Below are positions 9,265-17,689 of a stretch of 59,785 bases of DNA, piece by piece (position 1 is the first letter of the stretch; each line of letters opens with the position of its first letter). A model generated the notes under the pieces. The model saw only the letters and a list, made by a program, of their open reading frames with translations, did not search any database and was not told the DNA's origin. The translations under genes and the position numbers were made by a program. The stretch comes from Patescibacteria group bacterium (GTDB taxonomy: Bacteria > Patescibacteriota > Minisyncoccia > UBA6257 > GWB1-50-10): positions 71,157-130,941 of the forward strand of contig JBBTQX010000004.1 of assembly GCA_038065455.1 (NCBI GenBank). The letters run 5' to 3'.

Positions 9265-9331
9265 CCAGGTAGTAGAAGTTCGGCTTCCGCCTTAGGCGGC
9301 GTTGCGAAGCGGCCGAACTTTCACTACCTGG
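9265..9331. repeat. short inverted-repeat hairpin sharing the CCAGGTAGTAGAA / TTCACTACCTGG clamp of the leader-element family (copy A)
   Basis: 20-bp arms CCAGGTAGTAGAAGTTCGGC / GCCGAACTTTCACTACCTGG carry the same A-C plus G-T irregularity as copies B and C. It lies 7 nt (9332-9338) beyond the ruvC stop codon (9339-9341). Confidence 0.75.
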
Positions 9332-9338
9332 TCAACCC

Positions 9339-9809
9339 TCAATTTTGCGCGGTTGAGGCGGCAATGGCCGTAGCCAGAGCGTCCGTTTCGTCGTCCAAAA
9401 GACCGGCTATTTTCATCTTAAGGAACAAACCCACCATTTTGGCGACAGCTTTTTTGTCGGCCCGCCCATCGCCCGTGACCGCCAGTTTTATCAAGGAAGG
9501 GGATAATTCAACAAGTTTCAATTTATAGGCGGCCGACACTTTCACGATTATTCCTCGGGCCTGGGCGACAAAAACCCCTGTTTTCTTGTTCTTATTCATG
9601 AATATTTTCTCCAAACCGACCAGATCCGGCTTGGTTTTTTTTATCAATTTTTCCATATCTTTCTCCAAAGCCAAAAGCTGGTTTCCAAGACTTGTTTCGG
9701 CGGGTATTTTAAAAATGCCGCTCTCGATTCGGATAAAATCCTGCCCATCTTTCTTTATTAGTCCGTAGCCGGCCCGGACGTTTCCCGGATCGATACCCAA
9801 AATAATCAT
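9339..9809 (-). CDS. ruvC: crossover junction endodeoxyribonuclease RuvC
   Basis: 156 aa with the MIILGIDPG N-terminus and RuvC family length. Confidence 0.92.
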   Translation of the reverse strand: MIILGIDPGNVRAGYGLIKKDGQDFIRIESGIFKIPAETSLGNQLLALEKDMEKLIKKTKPDLVGLEKIFMNKNKKTGVFVAQARGIIVKVSAAYKLKLVELSPSLIKLAVTGDGRADKKAVAKMVGLFLKMKIAGLLDDETDALATAIAASTAQN

Positions 9810-10945
9810 CAGGTTTTTATAACCGGCAAGATGACGAAAAACGTCGTTCCTCGGCCGGATTGGGAAATAACCGATATTTTTCCGCCCTGGCCTTCAATAA
9901 TATTCTTTGTTATATAAAGTCCCAAACCACTTCCGTTCGGTTCCATTTGGACTACATTTGTTCCGCGATAGAATTTCTGGAAGAGTTTTTTCATTTCTTC
10001 TTCCGGTATACCCACCCCGGTGTCTTTTATGGTAAGTTTCGCGGAATCACTACCCGGCTCGTTTTCCAGTAAAATATCCACCTCCCCGTTTTTAACATTG
10101 TATTTCATCGCATTGTCCAGAATATTGGCGAGAGCGATACCCATAAGTTCTTTATCAATACGGACACGGAATGTCCGGCTTCCCGGCGAGAAAACGATTT
10201 TTATCCCATATTCTTTAGCCGCAAGCTCGGACTCCTTCATTATTTTTCCTACAAATTCGGCCAAATCCGTTTCTTCGAAGTTGAAACCAAACCGACCCTC
10301 CTCGATGCGGGCGGCATTCAATAAATCATTCACGATTTTAAGCGAGCGCTCGGTGAGTTGCCAACCTTCTTTGGCCAAATTGGCTATCTCCGCCATATCC
10401 GGCTTTTCGCTCCCCAATATCTTATTCAAGCTTTCGAACGACCAATTGATGGCCGTAAGCGGCGTGCGGAGTTGATGAGCCGCCACGGAAATAAATTCGG
10501 ACTTCGATTCCAAGACACCTTTTTCCCGGGTCATATCCGTCACGAGCTTCATAAACGCGACTACCTCATTCTTGTCGTTTATAACCCTATTTAAGACCGT
10601 CCGAAGTTCCGTGCGGGGTTCCTCGAGGGTTATATCTATTATCTGGGGCCAGCTGTTCGCTAAAATCGTCGCCATGGACGGGGCAAGCGACGGGAAGATT
10701 ATTTGGGTCAACGTCCGCAGGCGGGGATTGTTTATCAGGCTCGGCTCAATGGCTTTTCCGAGCGCCTCCTCGGTCGATATTCCCGCAATTTTCAAAGCCG
10801 CGTTGTTCATGCTTAAAATGATGAAATTGGTGTCGTAAACTATCACTCCATCGCGGATATTTCCCATTATCGTCTCCAGCTCATAATCCTTCATCCGGTC
10901 CGGTGGTTCGCTATTTTTTTTGAAGATTGAGAATAGATTAAACAT
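9809..10945 (-). CDS. cytoplasmic PAS-domain sensor histidine kinase
   Basis: 378 aa with a PAS-like N-terminus, H-box AAHQLRTPL and HATPase boxes (DNAMKYN, DTGVGI, GSGLGL). It has no TM segment, and no response regulator lies in the window. Confidence 0.85.
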   Translation of the reverse strand: MFNLFSIFKKNSEPPDRMKDYELETIMGNIRDGVIVYDTNFIILSMNNAALKIAGISTEEALGKAIEPSLINNPRLRTLTQIIFPSLAPSMATILANSWPQIIDITLEEPRTELRTVLNRVINDKNEVVAFMKLVTDMTREKGVLESKSEFISVAAHQLRTPLTAINWSFESLNKILGSEKPDMAEIANLAKEGWQLTERSLKIVNDLLNAARIEEGRFGFNFEETDLAEFVGKIMKESELAAKEYGIKIVFSPGSRTFRVRIDKELMGIALANILDNAMKYNVKNGEVDILLENEPGSDSAKLTIKDTGVGIPEEEMKKLFQKFYRGTNVVQMEPNGSGLGLYITKNIIEGQGGKISVISQSGRGTTFFVILPVIKT

Positions 10946-13367
10946 TTTCGTATTTCCCCATATTTCCCCAGTTTTTGCCGGTCTTAGCCTCCACCTTGAG
11001 CGGCAAAGCCAGGGATTGCCCGAACAAGGGATAAATTTTCTCCATCAAATCCTTGAAGAGCGGAACGGTTTCTATCAGAATATCATCCCGCACCTCGAAC
11101 AACAATTCATCGTGAATGGTGAGAATGAGCCGGACCTTGTCCTCAAACCATTTTTTGTTTTTCATCAGTTCGAATGATTTTATCATCGCCGTTTTCAGGA
11201 TGTCCGCATTCAGGCTTTGAAGCGGCATATTGACCGCCGCCCGTTCTATTTCCCCCATAACCTTGGGATGCCGGGCATCCGTCCAAAAATACCTCCGCCG
11301 CCCGTTCAGGTTTTCCACATATCCCCGAGCCTTGGCTTCCGTTTTTATTTTTTCCTGCCATTTTTTTATTTTCGGGAATTCGCGATAATAGCCGTCGATG
11401 AATTTTTTCGCTTCGATAAAGCTCACGCCCGCCGATTGGGCGAAGGCCCGCGGGCCCATGCCATAGACGACGCCGAAGTTCAAGGTTTTTCCAAGACGCC
11501 TTTCCGATTGGGTGATTTTATCGAAGGGGATTTTAAGGACGCGCGAGGCCGTCAGAGAGTGAATGTCTTGGTTTTTTTCGAAAGCGGAGAGCAAACCCTC
11601 TTCCATTGTCATATGGGCCAGAAGCCGCAGTTCCAGCTGGGCATAGTCGAAGGAGGCGAATGTAAATCCCGGGCTGGCGACGAAAGCTTCGCGCAGTTCC
11701 TTGGACCAGCTCGATTCCTGGGGCACATTCTGAAGATTGGGTTTTTCGGAAGCCAGTCGGCCGGTCGCCGCGCCGGTCTGGATAAAAGTCGTTCTTACTC
11801 GCCCATCTTTTTCTTTGGCTTGGAGCAGAGGCTCGACGTAGGTGGAATTTATTTTGAAAGTTTCCCGGTATTCCAAAATCTCCGGAATTATCGGGTGAGC
11901 GTCTTTGAGTGATAGAAGCACCTCTTCCGAAGTGGAGCGGCGCCCCGTCGGGGTCTTTTTGTTTTTGGCCGGTTTTATTTTGAGCTTGTCAAAAATTATT
12001 TCCGCCAACTGTTGGGAAGAATTTATGTTGAATATTTCACCCGCCGCCTTGTGGATTTTTTCGGTGAGCAGGTTTATTTTCCTGGCCATTTTTTTGCCGA
12101 GCGCCGCAAGCCTTTCCCCATCAACCGAGATGCCCCATGTTTCCATCCAGGCTAGAACCGGAACCAGCGGCATTTCGATTTTGTGGAAAATATTTTCCAA
12201 GCCGTTCTTTTTCAAATCCTTTTCCATGGCGGAGAAAAGCCCCTCCGCGCCGTCTTTTGAAAACCTTTCCATAATTGCCGCGGGCCCGAAATCCGTCTCG
12301 TCGGAATTTAAAACCCAAGCGGCGACTCCCAGGTCGAATATTTTTTTGGGAAGATTTTTTCTCTCCCTTATCAATTTTTTTATGACCGGTTTCCAGCTCC
12401 ACGCCACATCGAAATCCCCGAATTTGTGCGTTTCATTTTTTTTCTCCGGCTCGAAGGCGAACAATCCCTGGTTCAGAGGTTTGGGTTGTTTTTCTTTTTC
12501 CTCGCCCCCGTTCAATCGGCGGACAAGACTCTCGAATCCCAAGGACTCGAAGTACGGCGGAAGGACACCCTTATCGAATCCCGAATAGGTGATACTTTTC
12601 AATTCCACTTCGATAGGCGCGCCGCAATTTATAGTGGCGAGTTTTTTGGAAAAAAGCGCCTCTTTTTCGAAGGGCCGGATTTTTTTCGCGGCCGGGTCGT
12701 CTTTCGCCATTTTTTTAAAGAGATTTTCCAGGTGGCCATATTTTTTAAGGAACTCTTCGGCGGTTTTGGGTCCAATGCCCCTTACGCCAGGAATATTGTC
12801 CGAGGCGTCTCCCACTAAGCCTTTATAATCGGTCATTTGGTTCGGGTTCAGGCCATATCTCTCAATAACCGCCTTTTCGTCGTAAAGCTGGGTTTCGCTT
12901 ACCCCTTTTTTCAGTATCTGGACGACAATATGTCCCTGGTCCACCAATTGGAGAGTGTCCAAATCTCCGGTCAAAACGACTATTTGAAGATCGCGTTCTT
13001 TTTCAAATTTTTTTGCGAAGGTGCCGATTATATCGTCCGCTTCGTAACCGGGCTTTTCGAAAAATTTCACGCCGAATTTTTCGAAGAGATTATGAGCTTC
13101 GATAATCTGGCTTATGAGCTCGTCGGGCGCCTTGGGGCGGTGGGCTTTGTATTCTTTGAACATTTCTTTCCGGAAAGTGGGTTCGGGCCGGTCGAAGGCC
13201 GCGATGATGAAATCCGGTTTCAGGTCTCCGCCCAGAGTTTTAATCAAAATGCTCGCGAGGCCGTAAAGCGCGCCCGTGGGCCGTCCGCCTTTGGCCGTCA
13301 GCGGCGGAAGTGCATGGAACGCCCGATGAATCAGGGAGTTGGCGTCGATGAGTAAAAGTTTTCTCAT
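10938..13367 (-). CDS. polA: DNA polymerase I (5'-3' exonuclease plus family A polymerase; vestigial 3'-5' exo region)
   Basis: 809 aa with IPGVRGIGPKTA in the 5' nuclease domain. Polymerase motifs present: DYAQLELRLLAH, RRLGKTLNFGVVYG, HDELLFE. I saw no DxE/NxxYD/YxxxD proofreading motifs. Confidence 0.95.
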   Translation of the reverse strand: MRKLLLIDANSLIHRAFHALPPLTAKGGRPTGALYGLASILIKTLGGDLKPDFIIAAFDRPEPTFRKEMFKEYKAHRPKAPDELISQIIEAHNLFEKFGVKFFEKPGYEADDIIGTFAKKFEKERDLQIVVLTGDLDTLQLVDQGHIVVQILKKGVSETQLYDEKAVIERYGLNPNQMTDYKGLVGDASDNIPGVRGIGPKTAEEFLKKYGHLENLFKKMAKDDPAAKKIRPFEKEALFSKKLATINCGAPIEVELKSITYSGFDKGVLPPYFESLGFESLVRRLNGGEEKEKQPKPLNQGLFAFEPEKKNETHKFGDFDVAWSWKPVIKKLIRERKNLPKKIFDLGVAAWVLNSDETDFGPAAIMERFSKDGAEGLFSAMEKDLKKNGLENIFHKIEMPLVPVLAWMETWGISVDGERLAALGKKMARKINLLTEKIHKAAGEIFNINSSQQLAEIIFDKLKIKPAKNKKTPTGRRSTSEEVLLSLKDAHPIIPEILEYRETFKINSTYVEPLLQAKEKDGRVRTTFIQTGAATGRLASEKPNLQNVPQESSWSKELREAFVASPGFTFASFDYAQLELRLLAHMTMEEGLLSAFEKNQDIHSLTASRVLKIPFDKITQSERRLGKTLNFGVVYGMGPRAFAQSAGVSFIEAKKFIDGYYREFPKIKKWQEKIKTEAKARGYVENLNGRRRYFWTDARHPKVMGEIERAAVNMPLQSLNADILKTAMIKSFELMKNKKWFEDKVRLILTIHDELLFEVRDDILIETVPLFKDLMEKIYPLFGQSLALPLKVEAKTGKNWGNMGKYENV

Positions 13368-13822
13368 TTGAAAATTATTATCCGCTCATTTTCTTTTTCT
13401 CCGTGGCGGAATTCCAACCACTTGGTTTTTTTAGGGAGGGCTTTTTTTATCTTCTCCGGCCACTCGACGAGCACGACGGATTTCGGCAATGAAGTAATTT
13501 CCTCAAAATCAAGATGTTTCAGCTCCGAAAGTTTTTTGATTCGATAGGCGTCCATATGAAAAAAATGCGCACGGGATTTTTTTCTGAGCAGGTAATGGCG
13601 GAAGATTACGAAAGTCGGGCTCATAATTCTGTTTTTTATTCCCAACCCTCGGGCGAAACCCTGGATAAAAGTGGTCTTACCTGAACCCAGATTTCCCCTC
13701 AATCCGACAATGATTGGTTGGGAGAATTTTTCTTTCAGGATTTTTTTGGCGAAATTAAAACCCAGTTTTTTTGTTTTAGAGGGGGAGTTGCTTTTCATTG
13801 CGCGGGATTTTGAGATGGTCAT
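13364..13822 (-). CDS. tsaE: tRNA t6A37 biosynthesis protein TsaE
   Basis: 152 aa with P-loop GNLGSGKTTFIQGFARGLGI and SPTF. The start may be the internal Met at 13798. Confidence 0.85.
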   Translation of the reverse strand: MTISKSRAMKSNSPSKTKKLGFNFAKKILKEKFSQPIIVGLRGNLGSGKTTFIQGFARGLGIKNRIMSPTFVIFRHYLLRKKSRAHFFHMDAYRIKKLSELKHLDFEEITSLPKSVVLVEWPEKIKKALPKKTKWLEFRHGEKENERIIIFK

Positions 13823-14783
13823 AGGCTAAAGGAGTCGCGATGCGTCCGAGGGGCGAGCGATGAATAAGGCCGAGCTTCATAAGAAACGGTTCAAAAACCC
13901 CTTCAACCGTTTCCATCTCCTCGTTCAGGGCCGCCGCAATGGTTTTCAAACCCACCGGCCCGCCCGAGAATTTTTTGATGATTATCCCCAAGAGTTCCCG
14001 ATCGGTCTCTTCAAGGCCCAATTCGTCCACGTCGAGCATATCGAGCGTCTTTTGAACCGCCTCCTCGTCGATATTCCTGTTTTTATAGACCTGGGCATAG
14101 TCGCGGGCGCGCTTCAGGAGGCGGTTGGCTGTTCTCGGCGTGAAGCGCGAGGCCTGGGCGAGCTTCGTGATAGCTCCCCTAGTTATTTTCACGCCCAATA
14201 TCTCGGCCGAACGCCCGACAATTTTTTCGATATCCTCGGGCCGGTAGTAATCCAAACGAAAAATGGCGCCGAAACGCGAGCGGAGAGGGGCGGAAAGCGG
14301 ATTGATACGCGTCGTCGCGCCGATTACCGTGAAGGGCGGCAAATCCAAGCTGAAGGTTTTGGCCGACGGACCCTTGCCCACGATAAGATGGAGCTTCCGA
14401 CTTTCGAGCGCCGGATACAATATCTCCTCGATCATCTTATTTACGCGGTGAATTTCGTCGATGAAAAGTATTTCGTTCGGCTCGAGATTCGAGAGTATTG
14501 CGGCGATGTCGCCGGCCTTCTCGAGCGCGGGGCCGGAAGTGGAACGCACGTTCGCGTTCATCTCTTTGCCGACGAGATAAGCGAGTGTTGTTTTTCCGAG
14601 GCCGGCTTGGCCATAAAATAAAAGATGGTCGGTCGTTTCCCCGCGTCCCTTTGCCGCGTCGATAATGAGGCGCAGGTTTGCTTTCACTTTTTCCTGGCCG
14701 ACATAATCTTCCCAACGGTTCGGGCGGAGCAGAAGTTCCAAATTCACGTCCTCACCCGCAGTTTTCTTCGTTTCTTTTTCCAT
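13776..14783 (-). CDS. ruvB: Holliday junction branch migration helicase RuvB
   Basis: 335 aa with Walker A GQAGLGKTTLA and Walker B LFIDEIHR. Confidence 0.96.
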   Translation of the reverse strand: MEKETKKTAGEDVNLELLLRPNRWEDYVGQEKVKANLRLIIDAAKGRGETTDHLLFYGQAGLGKTTLAYLVGKEMNANVRSTSGPALEKAGDIAAILSNLEPNEILFIDEIHRVNKMIEEILYPALESRKLHLIVGKGPSAKTFSLDLPPFTVIGATTRINPLSAPLRSRFGAIFRLDYYRPEDIEKIVGRSAEILGVKITRGAITKLAQASRFTPRTANRLLKRARDYAQVYKNRNIDEEAVQKTLDMLDVDELGLEETDRELLGIIIKKFSGGPVGLKTIAAALNEEMETVEGVFEPFLMKLGLIHRSPLGRIATPLAYDHLKIPRNEKQLPL

Positions 14784-15038
14784 TTGGCGATTTGCTCCTA
14801 TTTTACCATTGATTTATCTTCTTTCCGAGAGGTATTGACCCCCACCTATATAGATGTGGGGGTTGACTTTTAAAATCGTTTGTGATAACATGTCTTTATA
14901 ATCTTGATTAGAGACCTGTGGGCAACGAGAGTTTTCCTAGCCCCGGATCACTTGGTTTCGGCTGGGTGACTCCTCGGAAAAATCTTAAACGCCTTTGCAA
15001 TCTGGCAACCTGCCCACAGATCTTTGCTCGGGATTTTT

Positions 15039-16706
15039 TTATTCCCAAATAATCGGCCCCGTGAGCCGCTCCACTTCTTCGAGGCTTGTGATGCCTTTCA
15101 GGATTTTAAGGACGCCATCTTCCTGCATTGTGACCATACCCTGTTTCTTCGCCAATTCTTTTAATTCGATTTCGGTCGGGTTTTTGTAGATTGCCGTTTC
15201 AATGGCTTCGTCTGCCTGGAGCAGTTCAAATATCGAAGTGCGGCCTTTGTAACCCAGCCGGCCGCATTTGTCACAGCCTTTCGCTTCATATATATCGAAT
15301 TCGGAATACCCGCTCTTATCTACTCGGCTGGGGAGGCCGGAAACGAATTTTTTTATCTTCTCAGCGGTTTTCCCATCGATTTCTTTTTTTATCTTGCAGT
15401 CCGGGCAGAGCTTGCGCACCAGTCTTTGGCCGATAACGAGGCTCAAAGATGGTCCCAATATATTCGTCTGAATTCCCAAATCCAGGAGTCTCGGAATGGC
15501 GCCTACCGCGTCGTTGGTGTGAAGCGTCGAGAAGACGATATGGCCGGTCAGGGATGCATTCAGAGCAATTTCGGCCGTTTCTTTGTCGCGGATTTCACCA
15601 ACCAGAATTATGTTAGGGTCCTGTCTTAATATAGAGTGAAGGCCAGAAGCGAAAGTGTAATTAGCATCCAAATCTACTTGGGTTTGAGAGATGCCCGACA
15701 GATGGTATTCAATCGGATCTTCGACGGTGATTATTTTTATCTCCGGCCGGGAAACCTTCCTTAAAAAGGCGTAAAGAGTCGTCGTCTTGCCCGAGCCCGT
15801 GGGCCCCGTGTTCAAAATCAATCCGTTCGGTTTTTTTATTTCCGCCTCCGCGATCGCAAGGTCGTCCGCGCGCCAGCCCAAATCTTCCAGATTTACTTTA
15901 AGCGATTGCGGGTCGAGTAGCCGCAAAACCGCCGTCTCGCCGTATTCGGACGGAATGAGCGATGTGCGGATTTCTATCGAGCGGTCTTTGAGGGCGATGG
16001 TGAAGCGGCCGTCCTGGGGCTCGTCCTGAACATTAAGCTTTAGATTGGAAAGAAGTTTTATCCGGGTAATAATGGATTTGTAAATATCTTTTCCCAATTC
16101 CGAAAACACGGTATGGAGCAAGCCGTCTATCCGCAGGCGCAAATCACCGGCCTTAACGTTCGGTTCCAGGTGGATGTCGGAGGCGCCCAAAGTGAGCGCG
16201 CCGCTCAGAATAATTTCCAGTATCTGGGAAGTATACGGGCTTTTGAATTCCTGGATTTGTTTTGTAAGATCCTCCAGGCTTTTTATTTCGTTCTGTAATT
16301 CGTGGAGTCTCGCTTCATTTATGTTCACGCTTCCGCTGATATCTTTCTGGACCGTAACATATTGGTAATGGTCCCAGGCGTGTTTGAGACCCGTAAGCGA
16401 ACTTACCACCACCTTTACTTCGCGGGTTTTTTTCAAATCCTCGATTATTTTTTTTGCTTTGGCGTTCTCGGGATCGAAGACCGCCATAATCAATTTCTTT
16501 TTTATGATTTGGAGGGGAGCGAGCCGGGCGGCTTTCGCCTCTTCTTCCGGAATGAGCTCCATCGCCTTTATTTCGGTGGGAACAGTGGCGGAGATAAGGT
16601 CCAGATAGTCCAAGCCGTGCTTTTGAGCGCGTCTTTGGGCATCCTTTTCCTCGGCTTCGCGCCTTTGTTTTTGAAGTTGGTTGTCCAGGCTCTTGGTTTG
16701 AAACAT
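15039..16706 (-). CDS. GspE/PilB-family type II/IV secretion (type IV pilus assembly) ATPase
   Basis: 555 aa with a GspE N-terminal domain, Walker A GPTGSGKTTT and a tetracysteine motif (CPDC...CDKCG). Confidence 0.9.
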   Translation of the reverse strand: MFQTKSLDNQLQKQRREAEEKDAQRRAQKHGLDYLDLISATVPTEIKAMELIPEEEAKAARLAPLQIIKKKLIMAVFDPENAKAKKIIEDLKKTREVKVVVSSLTGLKHAWDHYQYVTVQKDISGSVNINEARLHELQNEIKSLEDLTKQIQEFKSPYTSQILEIILSGALTLGASDIHLEPNVKAGDLRLRIDGLLHTVFSELGKDIYKSIITRIKLLSNLKLNVQDEPQDGRFTIALKDRSIEIRTSLIPSEYGETAVLRLLDPQSLKVNLEDLGWRADDLAIAEAEIKKPNGLILNTGPTGSGKTTTLYAFLRKVSRPEIKIITVEDPIEYHLSGISQTQVDLDANYTFASGLHSILRQDPNIILVGEIRDKETAEIALNASLTGHIVFSTLHTNDAVGAIPRLLDLGIQTNILGPSLSLVIGQRLVRKLCPDCKIKKEIDGKTAEKIKKFVSGLPSRVDKSGYSEFDIYEAKGCDKCGRLGYKGRTSIFELLQADEAIETAIYKNPTEIELKELAKKQGMVTMQEDGVLKILKGITSLEEVERLTGPIIWE

Positions 16707-16746
16707 TAAGCTAATTCTAGCTTATTTGCCCTCCGGTTTCATTGGG

Positions 16747-16774
16747 TTGACATTTACTATTTTTATAGTATAAT
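16747..16774 (+). promoter_or_regulatory. near-consensus sigma70 promoter (TTGACA-16 nt-TATAAT)
   Basis: TTGACA at 16747-16752 and TATAAT at 16769-16774. An AAGGAGA Shine-Dalgarno (SD) sequence lies 7 nt before the ATG at 16817. Confidence 0.55.
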
Positions 16775-16816
16775 TATACCAGTTAACTAAACAATTATTA
16801 ATAAGGAGACCTCGCA

Positions 16817-17626
16817 ATGAAAAAGTCATTCTTTTTTCTAACCCTCCTTTCTTGGTTTTTTTTGGAGGGATGCTACACGGTGGTAGATATTGATTCATCC
16901 AGTGGCTATAACAATATTAATCGTTCCGGCCCCGGGGTGAATATCGAATTTTCCGGAGGAGCAAAAACAATTGCCAATCTCTTGGGAATTGGCCACAAAT
17001 CAAATTTGTTTTTGGCTAATAATACTTCATATTATATTACCGTCTGCGTACTGGATGAGATTTTTGATATTAATCCAAATTCGGCAATTTTTGATTTCTG
17101 GAATATTGAATTTTATTATTCCAGTCTTCCGATTGTTGTCTATGTCTTTTCCGACGAAAATCGGAAACGATTGGTAAAAATAGAGAACGGCATTTTTCCT
17201 ATCGGCAAATCGGAAAACGCCTTCTGGGAATTGGACAAAGACTGTCGGCTCAAAAAACTTCAATCTTCCATTAAGCTAAATTTCAGCAGGGCGAGGAAAA
17301 TTAATGTTCCGACAATCAAAAACGAATCGACGACCTTGGTTCAGTTCATTAATACCAAGGCCTCTGAAGTTGCAATATCGGAAGCCGGCCCAATGAGGTG
17401 TGATTTGGCAAGATCGGGATTTTCGAGGGAAAACTATACTTTCGTGAAAAACCGAAAAGGGAAGATTGGACGCTTCGGTTATCTATCTTTCAGCGTTTAT
17501 CCTTCCGACCGTGACCAATTTCAAAGGGTGATGTATTGGATAGAGGGGATAAAAGAACCGATAATAATCGACATCCAGTCGAATCTGGATCGCGGACCGA
17601 GAGTGATCCAGTTTGTTATTAAATAA
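16817..17626 (+). CDS. hypothetical lipoprotein
   Basis: 269 aa with a signal peptide and lipobox (FLEGC). It is AT-rich relative to its neighbours and I recognised no domain. Confidence 0.6.
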   Translation: MKKSFFFLTLLSWFFLEGCYTVVDIDSSSGYNNINRSGPGVNIEFSGGAKTIANLLGIGHKSNLFLANNTSYYITVCVLDEIFDINPNSAIFDFWNIEFYYSSLPIVVYVFSDENRKRLVKIENGIFPIGKSENAFWELDKDCRLKKLQSSIKLNFSRARKINVPTIKNESTTLVQFINTKASEVAISEAGPMRCDLARSGFSRENYTFVKNRKGKIGRFGYLSFSVYPSDRDQFQRVMYWIEGIKEPIIIDIQSNLDRGPRVIQFVIK

Positions 17627-17639
17627 TTTCATGCATGTG

Positions 17640-17673
17640 CCGCGACCAAGTAATTTGGACGCGGTATTTTTTT
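17640..17673 (+). terminator. rho-independent terminator
   Basis: Hairpin CCGCGACCAAG-taa-TTTGGACGCGG followed by a T7 run. Confidence 0.6.
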
Positions 17674-17683
17674 CATTTACAAT
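17655..17683 (+). promoter_or_regulatory. leaderless-type promoter for fpg (TTGGAC-17 nt-TACAAT, 6 nt to ATG)
   Basis: The -10 element at 17678-17683 lies only 6 nt upstream of ATG 17690, and there is no SD sequence. Confidence 0.4.
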
Positions 17684-17689
17684 ACTGAA

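Noticed and set aside
14911-15024. Possible SRP (4.5S) RNA
   Set aside because: It is a long hairpin of suitable size, but I could not find the conserved helix-8 motifs (GGAA tetraloop with AGGUC / GGAAGCAGC-type loops) on either strand.
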